The notes below the pieces were generated by a model that saw only the letters and a list, made by a program, of their open reading frames with translations, searched no databases and had not been told where the DNA came from. Position numbers and translations under genes: made by a program. 14,507 bases of DNA from Calditrichaceae bacterium (lineage in GTDB: Bacteria > Calditrichota > Calditrichia > Calditrichales > JBFXGD01): the NCBI GenBank assembly GCA_050178385.1, contig JBFXGD010000082.1, positions 1 to 14,507 on the forward strand. The letters run 5' to 3'. Shown piece by piece: positions 1 to 10,180 of this stretch (position 1 is the first letter of the stretch; every line of letters begins with the position of its first letter).

Positions 1-202
1 TTTCAACAATTGGTGTTTCTTTCTTCGCTTTCTTTTCATCCTCTACCACGGGTTTTGAGATAACTGAATCTTGTTCCTCGGACTGATAAATTTCTTTTTT
101 TTCTTCAACCGGCTGATCACCTACAACAAGCTTCTGATAATAAGGAATGGTTACAATGATAATTGCGATCATGACCATTGCTATGATTGATTTTCTATCC
201 AT
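1..202 (-). CDS. yidC: Membrane protein insertase YidC, 5' part only (runs off the window)
   Basis: Manual translation from ATG at 202: MDRKSIIAMVMIAIIIVTIPYYQKLVVGDQPVEEKKE..., open to the window edge. An N-terminal TM anchor plus charged linker fits Gram-negative-type YidC, and it sits in the canonical position after rpmH-rnpA-yidD. Confidence 0.85.
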   Translation of the reverse strand, partial: MDRKSIIAMVMIAIIIVTIPYYQKLVVGDQPVEEKKEIYQSEEQDSVISKPVVEDEKKAKKETPIVE

Positions 203-219
203 AATAAAATGTATTCCTT

Positions 220-435
220 CTATTTTTCTTTCACAGGATCAAATCCGCCCGGATGAAACGGATGACACTTACTAATTCTAATTAATGAATACCATAGCCC
301 TTTAAAAAAACCATGTTTGTCTATTGACTGATATGAATATTCTGAACAAGTGGGATAAAACCTGCACGAAGGTGGAAAAAGCGGGGAAATGATTTTTTGA
401 TACCCGCGAATTAAAAGCAAAAGTATTTTTTTCAT
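220..435 (-). CDS. yidD: Membrane protein insertion efficiency factor YidD
   Basis: Family motifs [17 protein letters not shown] and [16 protein letters not shown]; located between rnpA and yidC. Confidence 0.97.
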   Translation of the reverse strand: MKKILLLLIRGYQKIISPLFPPSCRFYPTCSEYSYQSIDKHGFFKGLWYSLIRISKCHPFHPGGFDPVKEK

Positions 436-436
436 G

Positions 437-775
437 TTAACTCAAGGCGCGTACATAAATTTCTTTCAGAGAATTATAATCAATATCTCTACGATATGTA
501 TAAAGAAATATCACCCTGTTGTAATTTTTAAACAGGGTGATATGGTCTCTCAAAAAATGACGAATAATTCTTTTCACATAATTTCGTTTTACAGCAGATC
601 CTATATTCTTTTTTAGGAGTACGGCCGCTTTTTGAAATTCTGACTCATCCACTTCCATGTAGAGAAAAATTAATCCGAGACGTGTGTAAATCTTCTTACC
701 GTGATCCAGAATAAATTTTATTTCGTCTCTACCGGAAATAGTGGTTATTTTATGCTGTCTGGTTATATTCATCAC
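437..775 (-). CDS. rnpA: Ribonuclease P protein component (divergent)
   Basis: About 112 aa and basic; [18 protein letters not shown] matches the RNR-motif region; lies between rpmH and yidD. The start is either GTG 775 or ATG 772. Confidence 0.88.
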   Translation of the reverse strand: MMNITRQHKITTISGRDEIKFILDHGKKIYTRLGLIFLYMEVDESEFQKAAVLLKKNIGSAVKRNYVKRIIRHFLRDHITLFKNYNRVIFLYTYRRDIDYNSLKEIYVRALS

Positions 776-908
776 TTACAGTCAAACGCTTACGGCCTTT
801 AGCTCTTCTACTGGCTAAAACGGCACGTCCGTTTTTACTGCTCATGCGTTCCCGGAACCCATGTTTGTTTTTTCTTTTACGATTACTCGGCTGAAATGTA
901 CGCTTCAT
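750..908 (-). CDS. rpmH: 50S ribosomal protein L34 (52 aa; below the ORF-track cutoff)
   Basis: Manual translation: [59 protein letters not shown] at 913-917 on the minus strand. Confidence 0.98.
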   Translation of the reverse strand: MKRTFQPSNRKRKNKHGFRERMSSKNGRAVLASRRAKGRKRLTVSDEYNQTA

Positions 909-939
909 TTATCCTCCAATTGTCTCAAAATATTCACAA

Positions 940-974
940 ATTTTAATATAGCTATATACTGCCTTGCAAGGCAA
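940..974 (-). promoter_or_regulatory. Putative sigma70 promoter(s) for the rpmH-rnpA-yidD-yidC operon
   Basis: Minus strand TTGCAA(969-964)-N18-TAAAAT(945-940), or TTGCCT(974-969)-N18-TATATT(950-945). The background is AT-rich, so specificity is limited. Confidence 0.45.
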
Positions 975-1086
975 ATTAATAACTAAAAATTATTTTTTTT
1001 TATCTCTGTCATCCGGAATGTTAATATCTTTTTTTATTTAACATCACATCAATTTGAATTTATTAAACTTAAGTCAAAATTTCCCA

Positions 1087-1095
1087 TGTGGATAA
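1087..1095 (-). promoter_or_regulatory. DnaA box (perfect TTATCCACA on the minus strand)
   Basis: Plus strand reads TGTGGATAA. Confidence 0.9.
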
Positions 1096-1198
1096 TTTTG
1101 TGGAATAATTCTTTAAAAAACAATCTTTATAAACATACATCTTTTCGAATCTCAAAAATAAATTTTAAACTTATTTTATTCCACAAAAATTATAACAC

Positions 1199-1207
1199 TA
1201 ATCCACA
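1199..1207 (+). promoter_or_regulatory. DnaA box, one mismatch (TAATCCACA)
   Basis: 8/9 match to TTATCCACA inside the box cluster. Confidence 0.7.
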
Positions 1208-1252
1208 TAAGTTTTTACCATTTTTTCCATAGCCAATAAAGGCTAAAAGATT

Positions 1253-1269
1253 TTATCCACAAATCCACA
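1253..1269 (+). promoter_or_regulatory. Fused tandem DnaA boxes (TTATCCACA + AAATCCACA, 1-nt overlap)
   Basis: TTATCCACAAATCCACA directly before a triplet-periodic tract and an AT-only tract, the layout of the basal unwinding system. Confidence 0.88.
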
Positions 1270-1270
1270 C

Positions 1271-1319
1271 TTTCAATTACTATGATTATAATTTATTTAA
1301 AATAAATATAATAATATTA
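1271..1319. other. Degenerate DnaA-trio tract and AT-rich DNA unwinding element
   Basis: CAA TTA CTA TGA TTA TAA (1274-1291, A at every third base), overlapping and followed by 35 consecutive A/T bases (1285-1319). Confidence 0.7.
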
Positions 1320-1367
1320 GAGTATAATTTTTCTTATTAAACATATCCTTATATTAAGTTAAAACCC

Positions 1368-1396
1368 TTGAAATAGTTATAAATTTTGGTTATTTT
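1368..1396 (+). promoter_or_regulatory. Putative sigma70 promoter for the dnaN operon
   Basis: TTGAAA(1368-1373)-N17-TATTTT(1391-1396); SD GGAGG at 1421-1425 before the dnaN ATG. Confidence 0.55.
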
Positions 1397-1429
1397 GATA
1401 GGATTGAAATTGCCTAATTTGGAGGGAAA

Positions 1430-2542
1430 ATGAATTTTACCGTCTCACGCAACTCATTTTTTAAGTCTTTACAAAAAGTTATTAATGTAATCCCTGCAAA
1501 ATCAACAGTTGATATTCTTTACAATGTCCTGATAATTGCAGAAAATGAAGAGTTAAAAATTATTGCCACGGATCTGGAAATCACGCAAATCGCCTGGACC
1601 AAGTGTACTGTAAAAGAAGAAGGTTCTGTTACTGTTCCGGGAAAGTTGCTATTGGATATTATTCGTGAGATGCCCGAGATTGATCTTAATTTTAATGTTG
1701 ATTCTAATTTAAAAATAGTCATTAAATCTTCTCTGGGTGAGTACAAATTATCCGGACAGGATAAAAATGAATATCCCAGTGTTCCGCTTGTGGAATCGGA
1801 ACAGAAGATTAGTCTGAATAATAAAAAATTTAAGAGAATGATCGAAAAAACGCTCTTCGCATGTTCCACGGATAATTTGAGACCAGCGTTAACAGGTGTG
1901 TACTGTCAGATTTTTGAAAACGAATATAGAATGGTGGCAACTGACGGGCACCGCCTTGTAAAATATATTAATAAGGATTTTGAATCATTTGATTTTACAC
2001 GTGATTTAATTATTCCGACAAAAGCATTAAATTTTGTTGCCAGAAATCTCCCAGAAGATGGGACTCAGCAGATTGTGTTCAGTGAAAATCATGTTTTGTT
2101 CGAGTTGCCGGATACAAAAATTTATTCACGGATTATCAAAGAACCGTATCCGGATTATGAAAGAGTCATTCCCACTGAATATTCAAAGGAATTGCTAATT
2201 GACCGGGAAAGCTTTATTTCTTCGGTTAAGCGTGTTTCCCTTTTCTCTAATCCAATCACATATCAGGTTAGATTGAATATTGATAAGGACACTATGGCCG
2301 TATTTGCTCAGGATATCGATTTCGGTGGTGAAGCAAACGAATCTATTCCTTGTAAATACAACAGCGAGTCACTTGAAATCGCTTATAATGCGAATTATCT
2401 GATGGATATTTTAAGACATCTTGATACCGATGAAATTAAAATAATGGTAAAAGACGCGGATGGTCCTGGTCTTGTTTACCCGGTAAATGATGATGAAATG
2501 GATGAAATTCTAATGCTTATAATGCCGGTGAGGCTAAATTAA
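1430..2542 (+). CDS. dnaN: DNA polymerase III subunit beta (sliding clamp)
   Basis: 370 aa; motifs ATDLE, VATDGHRL, YPDYERVIP, NANYLMD and C-terminal LIMPVRL. Confidence 0.99.
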   Translation: MNFTVSRNSFFKSLQKVINVIPAKSTVDILYNVLIIAENEELKIIATDLEITQIAWTKCTVKEEGSVTVPGKLLLDIIREMPEIDLNFNVDSNLKIVIKSSLGEYKLSGQDKNEYPSVPLVESEQKISLNNKKFKRMIEKTLFACSTDNLRPALTGVYCQIFENEYRMVATDGHRLVKYINKDFESFDFTRDLIIPTKALNFVARNLPEDGTQQIVFSENHVLFELPDTKIYSRIIKEPYPDYERVIPTEYSKELLIDRESFISSVKRVSLFSNPITYQVRLNIDKDTMAVFAQDIDFGGEANESIPCKYNSESLEIAYNANYLMDILRHLDTDEIKIMVKDADGPGLVYPVNDDEMDEILMLIMPVRLN

Positions 2543-2548
2543 GTTCGA

Positions 2549-3659
2549 ATGCATATTAAAAATTTAAAAATTGAGAATTTTCGCAATATTTTAAATGAAG
2601 AGATCAATTTTGATAAAAATATAAATATTATATACGGAGAAAACGGTCAGGGTAAAACATCGATTCTGGAAGCCATATATTTTTTAGCGATCACCAGAAG
2701 TTTTCGAATAAATTCAGAAAAAATAGCCTTACAGAAGTCAAAAGAATATTTTGACCTTAACGGCAGATTTACTACCGATGCGAATAACGAAGTTGATATA
2801 AGACTGTTTTTTTCACTAAAAGACGGTAAAAACGTTTTTTTGAACAAAAACAAATTACAAAACTTCTCGGAATTAATTGGTGTTATTCCTACAATTCTTT
2901 TGTCACTTGAAGATTTGGAACTAACATATGGCGTTCCCGCAAACCGCAGGCGATTTGTTGATATATTGCTGGCGCAAACAAGCCCGGTTTATTTGCACGC
3001 GCTGCAAAAATATAAAAAAAGTCTTCAGCATCGTAATAAACTTCTGACTTTAATAAATGAAGGAAAATCGAATAAAAATGCCCTTTTTCCCTGGGATGAG
3101 CAGCTTATCTCAAATGGGATTGAGATTGTTCGGGCGCGACAAAAATTTATCGACTTTATTAATAAAAATATTACAGGATACTATCGGTTTATTTCAAAAA
3201 CCAATGAAGAAATTTCCGGCAGTTATGTATCGAACATAAGCAAAAATCTTATGGTTGATAAAGAAGAAATTAAAAACCAATATCATGATAATTTATCCGG
3301 AAATTTGAACGCAGATATTGAGAGAAAAAGTACATCGATAGGGCCGCACAGGGATGATTTTAACTTCCTGAAGGACGGGAATTTTATAAAATACTATGGT
3401 TCTCAGGGTGAAAATAAAACGTTTCTGATTGCGTTAAAATTTGTTGAAAGTAGTTTTTTAAAACAGAATCTAAAAGAAAATCCTGTTTTTTTGATGGATG
3501 ATATTTTTGGTGAACTGGATGATAACAGAATTGCCAGTCTGCTGGATTTCACTAAAACCATAGGGCAAACATTTATTACTACTACATTAAAAACCAAATT
3601 TAAAGATTCAGGTCTTAAAAGTAGTAATTACATTTGTTTAAAGAATGGGACACTGATGA

Positions 3660-3670
<11 letters not shown>
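2549..3670 (+). CDS. recF: DNA replication and repair protein RecF
   Basis: Walker A GENGQGKT, PANRRRFVD, GPHRDD, signature GSQGE, Walker B LMDDIFGELD; follows dnaN. Confidence 0.98.
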
Positions 3671-5872
<2,202 letters not shown>

Positions 5873-5884
5873 TTTTCAAGGATA

Positions 5885-8353
5885 ATGAGTCATATGGCTG
5901 ATAATGAAAGAATACTTCCAAAACTAATAGAAGATGAAATGAAGGAGTCCTATCTGGACTACTCCATGTCTGTAATTGTGTCAAGAGCGTTACCTGATGT
6001 GCGGGACGGTCTTAAGCCCGTTCACCGCAGAGTACTTTATGGCATGCGCGAACTTGGCAATGTGCATAACAGAGCTCACAAAAAAAGCGCCAGAGTTGTC
6101 GGTGAGGTATTAGGTAAGTATCACCCTCATGGCGATATGGCGGTTTATGATACAATGGTAAGAATGGTTCAGGATTTTTCGCTCCGTTATCCATTAATTG
6201 ACGGCCAGGGTAATTTCGGTTCAATCGATGGTGATTCGCCAGCGGCAATGAGGTACACTGAAGTCAGGATGAAGGAAATAGCCGAAGAACTTTTAACCGA
6301 TATCAATAAAAACACGGTCGATTATACAAGAAACTTTGACGATACACTTGATGAACCGGTGGTGCTTCCGGCAAAATTACCAAATTTGCTGATAAACGGC
6401 TCATCAGGAATCGCTGTAGGTATGGCGACAAATATCCCTCCGCACAATCTTAATGAAGTTGTGGATGCGACAAAAGCGGTGATCGATAATCCGGAGATTT
6501 CTATCAGCGAATTGATGCAGCATATAAAGGGACCGGACTTTCCGACCGGCGGATTTATATATGGCGGTGCGGAGATAGTAAAAGCTTACAATACCGGAAG
6601 AGGAAAAGTAATAGTCCGGGCCAGGACCGAAGTTGAAACGCATCCAAATGGAAAATCAACTATTTTAGTTAAAGAAATTCCTTATCAGGTAAATAAACTA
6701 AACCTGATAAATAAAATTGTTGAACTTGTTAAAGATAAGCGAATCGAGGGCATCTCAGATCTTCGCGATGAATCTGATCGTGATGGAATGAGAATTGTCA
6801 TAGAATTAAAAAAAGATATTGATCCCAATGCTATTCTTAATTTACTATATAAACACAGCCAGATGCAGACGACATTCGGAATTATAATGTTGGCTTTGGT
6901 TAAGGGGCGTCCGCGGGTTTTAAATCTCAAGGAAATGATTCAATATTTTATTGATCATAGAGTCGAAGTGATTATCCGGCGAACCAGATATGACCTTGAA
7001 GAAGCTGAAAAAAGAGCGCATATTCTGGAAGGTCTGAAAATTGCGATCGACAATATTGATGAAATCATTGAACTTATTAAAACTTCACCAAATCCGGACG
7101 AAGCAAAAATACGCCTTATTGATCGATTTGGTTTGACGGAGATCCAGGCAAAAGCCATTCTGGATATGCGGCTGCAGAGACTTACGGGTCTCGAAAGAGA
7201 AAAAATTGAAGAAGAGTACCGGGAACTCTTAAAACAAATTGAATATTTTAAATCAATTCTTGAAAGTACCGATCTGCAGAAGGAATTAATAAAAGAGGAA
7301 TTGGACGGGATCGTCGCCAAGTACTCAGATATTCGAAGAACGGAGATAGTTTTTAATTATGAAGAAGTGAATATCGAGGATATGATAACGGAAGAAGATA
7401 TGGTCATTACCATATCTCATTCCGGAGCGATTAAAAGAATTCCGGTGAATGCATACAGGACTCAAAACAGAGGCGGAAGAGGAACCACCGCCGCAAAAAC
7501 AAAAGATGAAGATTATATTGAACATCTCTTTGTGGCCGGAACACACGATTATATTCTCTTTTTTACGGATAAAGGGCGCTGCCATTGGGTAAAGGTGTAC
7601 ACTATTCCGCCTGCCGGAAGAATATCAAAGGGCAGACCGATCATAAACTTGATAAATATTGAAAGCGGTGAAAAAATTCAGGCGTTTATGACGGTGCGGA
7701 ATTTTGATCAGCCCGGATATATTGTATTTTCATCTGAACAGGGAGTGATTAAAAAAACAGATCTTTCAGCGTTCAGCCGCCCAAGAAAAGGCGGGATTAT
7801 TGCGATTAATATTAAGGATGAAGACCGGTTAGTTGGCGCTTCATTATCCGATGGTGAAAGTGATATTATATTAGTTACAAAAAATGGAAAATCTATCCGC
7901 TTTTCCGAAACCGGGATCCGTTCAATGGGCAGAAACGCAACAGGAGTAAGGGGCATCAGACTAAAAAATGATGACCATGTCATATCGATGGCAGTAGTGA
8001 AAGATGGGAATGAGCTGCTGACTATTTCTGAAAAAGGTTATGGAAAAAGGACGGCTGTCAGCAATTTCAGGTTGCAGAGCCGCGGCGGTAGCGGAATTAT
8101 CGCCATGCGTGTTACCGATAAGACAGGAAAATTGATCGATGCGATAGATATCAGTCAATCGGAAGACATAATGATAATCACGGAGAATGGTGTGGTTATT
8201 CGCCAAAATATTGATGATATAAATGTAATTGGCAGAAACACGCAGGGCGTAAGACTAATCCGGCTGGACGAAAACGATAAAGTAAGTGATATAACCAAAG
8301 TATTTCCGACAGAAGATGAAGAGAACGGTGAGACTCTTGAGGATGAGGAGTAA
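5885..8353 (+). CDS. gyrA: DNA gyrase subunit A
   Basis: [15 protein letters not shown], catalytic AAMRYTE, GyrA-box QNRGGRG (so gyrase rather than ParC), beta-pinwheel repeats and an acidic tail. The start could alternatively be ATG 5894. Confidence 0.99.
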   Translation: MSHMADNERILPKLIEDEMKESYLDYSMSVIVSRALPDVRDGLKPVHRRVLYGMRELGNVHNRAHKKSARVVGEVLGKYHPHGDMAVYDTMVRMVQDFSLRYPLIDGQGNFGSIDGDSPAAMRYTEVRMKEIAEELLTDINKNTVDYTRNFDDTLDEPVVLPAKLPNLLINGSSGIAVGMATNIPPHNLNEVVDATKAVIDNPEISISELMQHIKGPDFPTGGFIYGGAEIVKAYNTGRGKVIVRARTEVETHPNGKSTILVKEIPYQVNKLNLINKIVELVKDKRIEGISDLRDESDRDGMRIVIELKKDIDPNAILNLLYKHSQMQTTFGIIMLALVKGRPRVLNLKEMIQYFIDHRVEVIIRRTRYDLEEAEKRAHILEGLKIAIDNIDEIIELIKTSPNPDEAKIRLIDRFGLTEIQAKAILDMRLQRLTGLEREKIEEEYRELLKQIEYFKSILESTDLQKELIKEELDGIVAKYSDIRRTEIVFNYEEVNIEDMITEEDMVITISHSGAIKRIPVNAYRTQNRGGRGTTAAKTKDEDYIEHLFVAGTHDYILFFTDKGRCHWVKVYTIPPAGRISKGRPIINLINIESGEKIQAFMTVRNFDQPGYIVFSSEQGVIKKTDLSAFSRPRKGGIIAINIKDEDRLVGASLSDGESDIILVTKNGKSIRFSETGIRSMGRNATGVRGIRLKNDDHVISMAVVKDGNELLTISEKGYGKRTAVSNFRLQSRGGSGIIAMRVTDKTGKLIDAIDISQSEDIMIITENGVVIRQNIDDINVIGRNTQGVRLIRLDENDKVSDITKVFPTEDEENGETLEDEE

Positions 8354-8412
8354 ACTATTTTCAGCGGATTGCTGGTAACGATATATTGAATCAAATCCTA
8401 TACGGAGGAAAG

Positions 8413-9042
8413 ATGAAAAAAATATCAGATTCAACTATCAGCCGTTTATCCAAGTATTACAGAACATTGAGTATGCTGATCGAACAAAAAATTGAAACGG
8501 TGTCTTCGGATGAAATCGCGGAAATTGACAGCGTTACCTCGGCTCAGGTTCGAAAGGACCTCTCCTTTTTTGGAACGTTCGGGAAAAGAGGATTAGGTTA
8601 TAAAACAAAAGACCTGAGAGAAGAAATCGGAAAAATTCTTGGTCTCAAAAAAACCTGGAATATTGCTCTTGTTGGAATTGGAAATATCGGGCGCGCTCTA
8701 ATTGATTATCAGGAATTTAAAAAACAGGGTTTTCAGGTTAAAGCACTGTTTGACAGTGATCCGGAGAAGGTCGGGCACGAAATAAACGGTTTGCATATAT
8801 ACAATATTAATGATGTTTGCCAGGTAGTTAAAGAAAAGAATATCGAAATTGCCATCATCGCGGTGCCGGCAAAAGTTGCTCAGGCGGTTACCGACTTTTT
8901 TGTAAACTGTGGTGTAAAAGCAATTTTAAATTTTGCCCCCATAAGTATAAAAACGCCAGAGGATGTACTGGTAAAAAATGAAAATATGTCCATTGAGCTG
9001 GAAGCATTGTCCTATTACATTACAAACGATCTAAAAAAATAA
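8413..9042 (+). CDS. rex: Redox-sensing (NADH/NAD+) transcriptional repressor Rex
   Basis: Winged helix RLSKYYR...AQVRKDLSFFGTFGKRGLGY, Rossmann GIGNIG, ILNFAP. Start moved from the track's TTG 8386 to ATG 8413 because SD GGAGG lies at 8404-8408. Confidence 0.97.
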   Translation: MKKISDSTISRLSKYYRTLSMLIEQKIETVSSDEIAEIDSVTSAQVRKDLSFFGTFGKRGLGYKTKDLREEIGKILGLKKTWNIALVGIGNIGRALIDYQEFKKQGFQVKALFDSDPEKVGHEINGLHIYNINDVCQVVKEKNIEIAIIAVPAKVAQAVTDFFVNCGVKAILNFAPISIKTPEDVLVKNENMSIELEALSYYITNDLKK

Positions 9043-9084
9043 AAAAAATGGCTGCCGCTTTACTAAGGGCAGCCATTTTTTTTA
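9040..9084. terminator. Bidirectional rho-independent terminator
   Basis: Perfect 17-bp arms TAAAAAAAATGGCTGCC (9040-9056) and GGCAGCCATTTTTTTTA (9068-9084), giving a U-tract on each strand, between convergent rex and the TPR gene. Confidence 0.93.
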
Positions 9085-9087
9085 AAA

Positions 9088-10170
9088 TTAGTTACCTAAC
9101 TCTGTAGCTTTATTGAAAGCATCTTCAGATTTTGCCTTCTCATTAAGCCGGGCATAGCTGACACCCAGGTTATACCACATTGAGCCATCTTCAGGAAAAA
9201 TTTCTAATCCTGCCAGCAAAGTATTTTTTGCTTCAGCAAATTTTCCGACTCGAAGTTCGGATGTACTTTTTAACTGATATGCTTCTTTCAGATTAGCGTC
9301 AATTTCAAGAGCCTTGGCAAAATAGTCAATGGACTTTACGAGATATTCTCTCTGCAGGTTTTCGTCAATACCTTCTTCATTTCCGGCTTTAATAAACAAA
9401 AGCCCGGCATTAAAAGGAAACGCTTTTTCCTGCGGACTAACCTGCATCGCTTTGTTGTATGCTTCAATGGCTTCATCACGACGATTCAAAAAATCATAAC
9501 TTTGCGCAAGAAATGTAATCGCTTCTGCATCGTTTGAATTTATCTCTAATGCTTTTATATAATTTGTGATTGCTTCTTCGTATTCTTTATTATTAAAAAA
9601 GTAAGTTCCGAGAAGTACCCAGGAACCAACAGAATCCGGAAAATTAACGGTCATAGATTTGTATGTATTCAGAGAATTTTCCTTGTCATCCAGTAATGTA
9701 TAACAAAGAGCAATAAGTTCGTTTGTTCTGAAATTATTTTTTATGTAAGTAACATTTTTAAACTTTGTAAGCGCTGAATTTAATTGGTTAGCGGCTTCCT
9801 CAGATTTTTTGTCTTCGAGTTTTGTGAAGTTATTATAATCCGTCACGCCTTTGTTAAATTCTGTTGAATAGTAATAATTTCGGGTTTCGGTAATCTGGGG
9901 TTCAAACTGCGGCCCAATTTTAAGAGAATTGTCAAAGGCGCTTACCATTTCTTTAATATCGCCCTGCTTCCCGTACAATTCGCCTAAAAGATACCATGCT
10001 TCAGGGTTGCTGGGATATTTTTCTGTCGCTTCTTTGGCAAGTATCAGAGCATTTTCAAAACGGCCGGCTTTGTAGTCAACGAAAGCGCCTTCGAGCTCAG
10101 GTGGACGGCATGAACTGAGTAATAACAAAATCAACAATGATGAAAAAATCATCAGAATTGTTTTTTTCAT
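9088..10170 (-). CDS. Tetratricopeptide-repeat lipoprotein
   Basis: Signal peptide II with lipobox LSS-C21; several TPR units (EAWYLLGELY, SWVLLGTYFF, AITFLAQSY, MWYNLGVSY). SD GGAG upstream; 10 nt downstream of mtnA. Confidence 0.9.
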   Translation of the reverse strand: MKKTILMIFSSLLILLLLSSCRPPELEGAFVDYKAGRFENALILAKEATEKYPSNPEAWYLLGELYGKQGDIKEMVSAFDNSLKIGPQFEPQITETRNYYYSTEFNKGVTDYNNFTKLEDKKSEEAANQLNSALTKFKNVTYIKNNFRTNELIALCYTLLDDKENSLNTYKSMTVNFPDSVGSWVLLGTYFFNNKEYEEAITNYIKALEINSNDAEAITFLAQSYDFLNRRDEAIEAYNKAMQVSPQEKAFPFNAGLLFIKAGNEEGIDENLQREYLVKSIDYFAKALEIDANLKEAYQLKSTSELRVGKFAEAKNTLLAGLEIFPEDGSMWYNLGVSYARLNEKAKSEDAFNKATELGN

Positions 10171-10180
10171 AATGATCTCC

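Larger units (their letters stand above)
1080..1345. other. oriC: Putative chromosomal replication origin (oriC)
   Basis: Non-coding AT-rich region upstream of dnaN with divergent flanking genes. Perfect DnaA boxes at 1087-1095 (-) and 1253-1261 (+); near-boxes at 1127-1135, 1199-1207 and 1261-1269; 10-mer variants at 1099-1108 and 1176-1185; 35-nt A/T-only tract at 1285-1319. Confidence 0.88.

Noticed and set aside
1230..1245. Small inverted repeat TAGCC-N6-GGCTA in oriC
   Set aside because: 5-bp arms are too short to distinguish from chance.
909..1429. Possible dnaA pseudogene or small ORF in the rpmH-dnaN gap
   Set aside because: No ORF of 60 aa or more in the track, the region is stop-rich and extremely AT-rich, and I saw no DnaA-like peptide motifs by eye. 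A tblastn search would be the definitive test.
909..1429. Dam/SeqA-type GATC clustering in the origin
   Set aside because: I saw no GATC sites in the intergenic region.
1862..1877. parS-like sequence TGTTCCACGGATAATT in dnaN
   Set aside because: Only the left half matches TGTTNCACGTGAAACA; it is not palindromic and is explained by the codons for C-S-T-D-N.
8361..8375. Hairpin between gyrA and rex as a terminator
   Set aside because: Short stem (CAGC/GCTG plus G-U pairs) and no U-tract.
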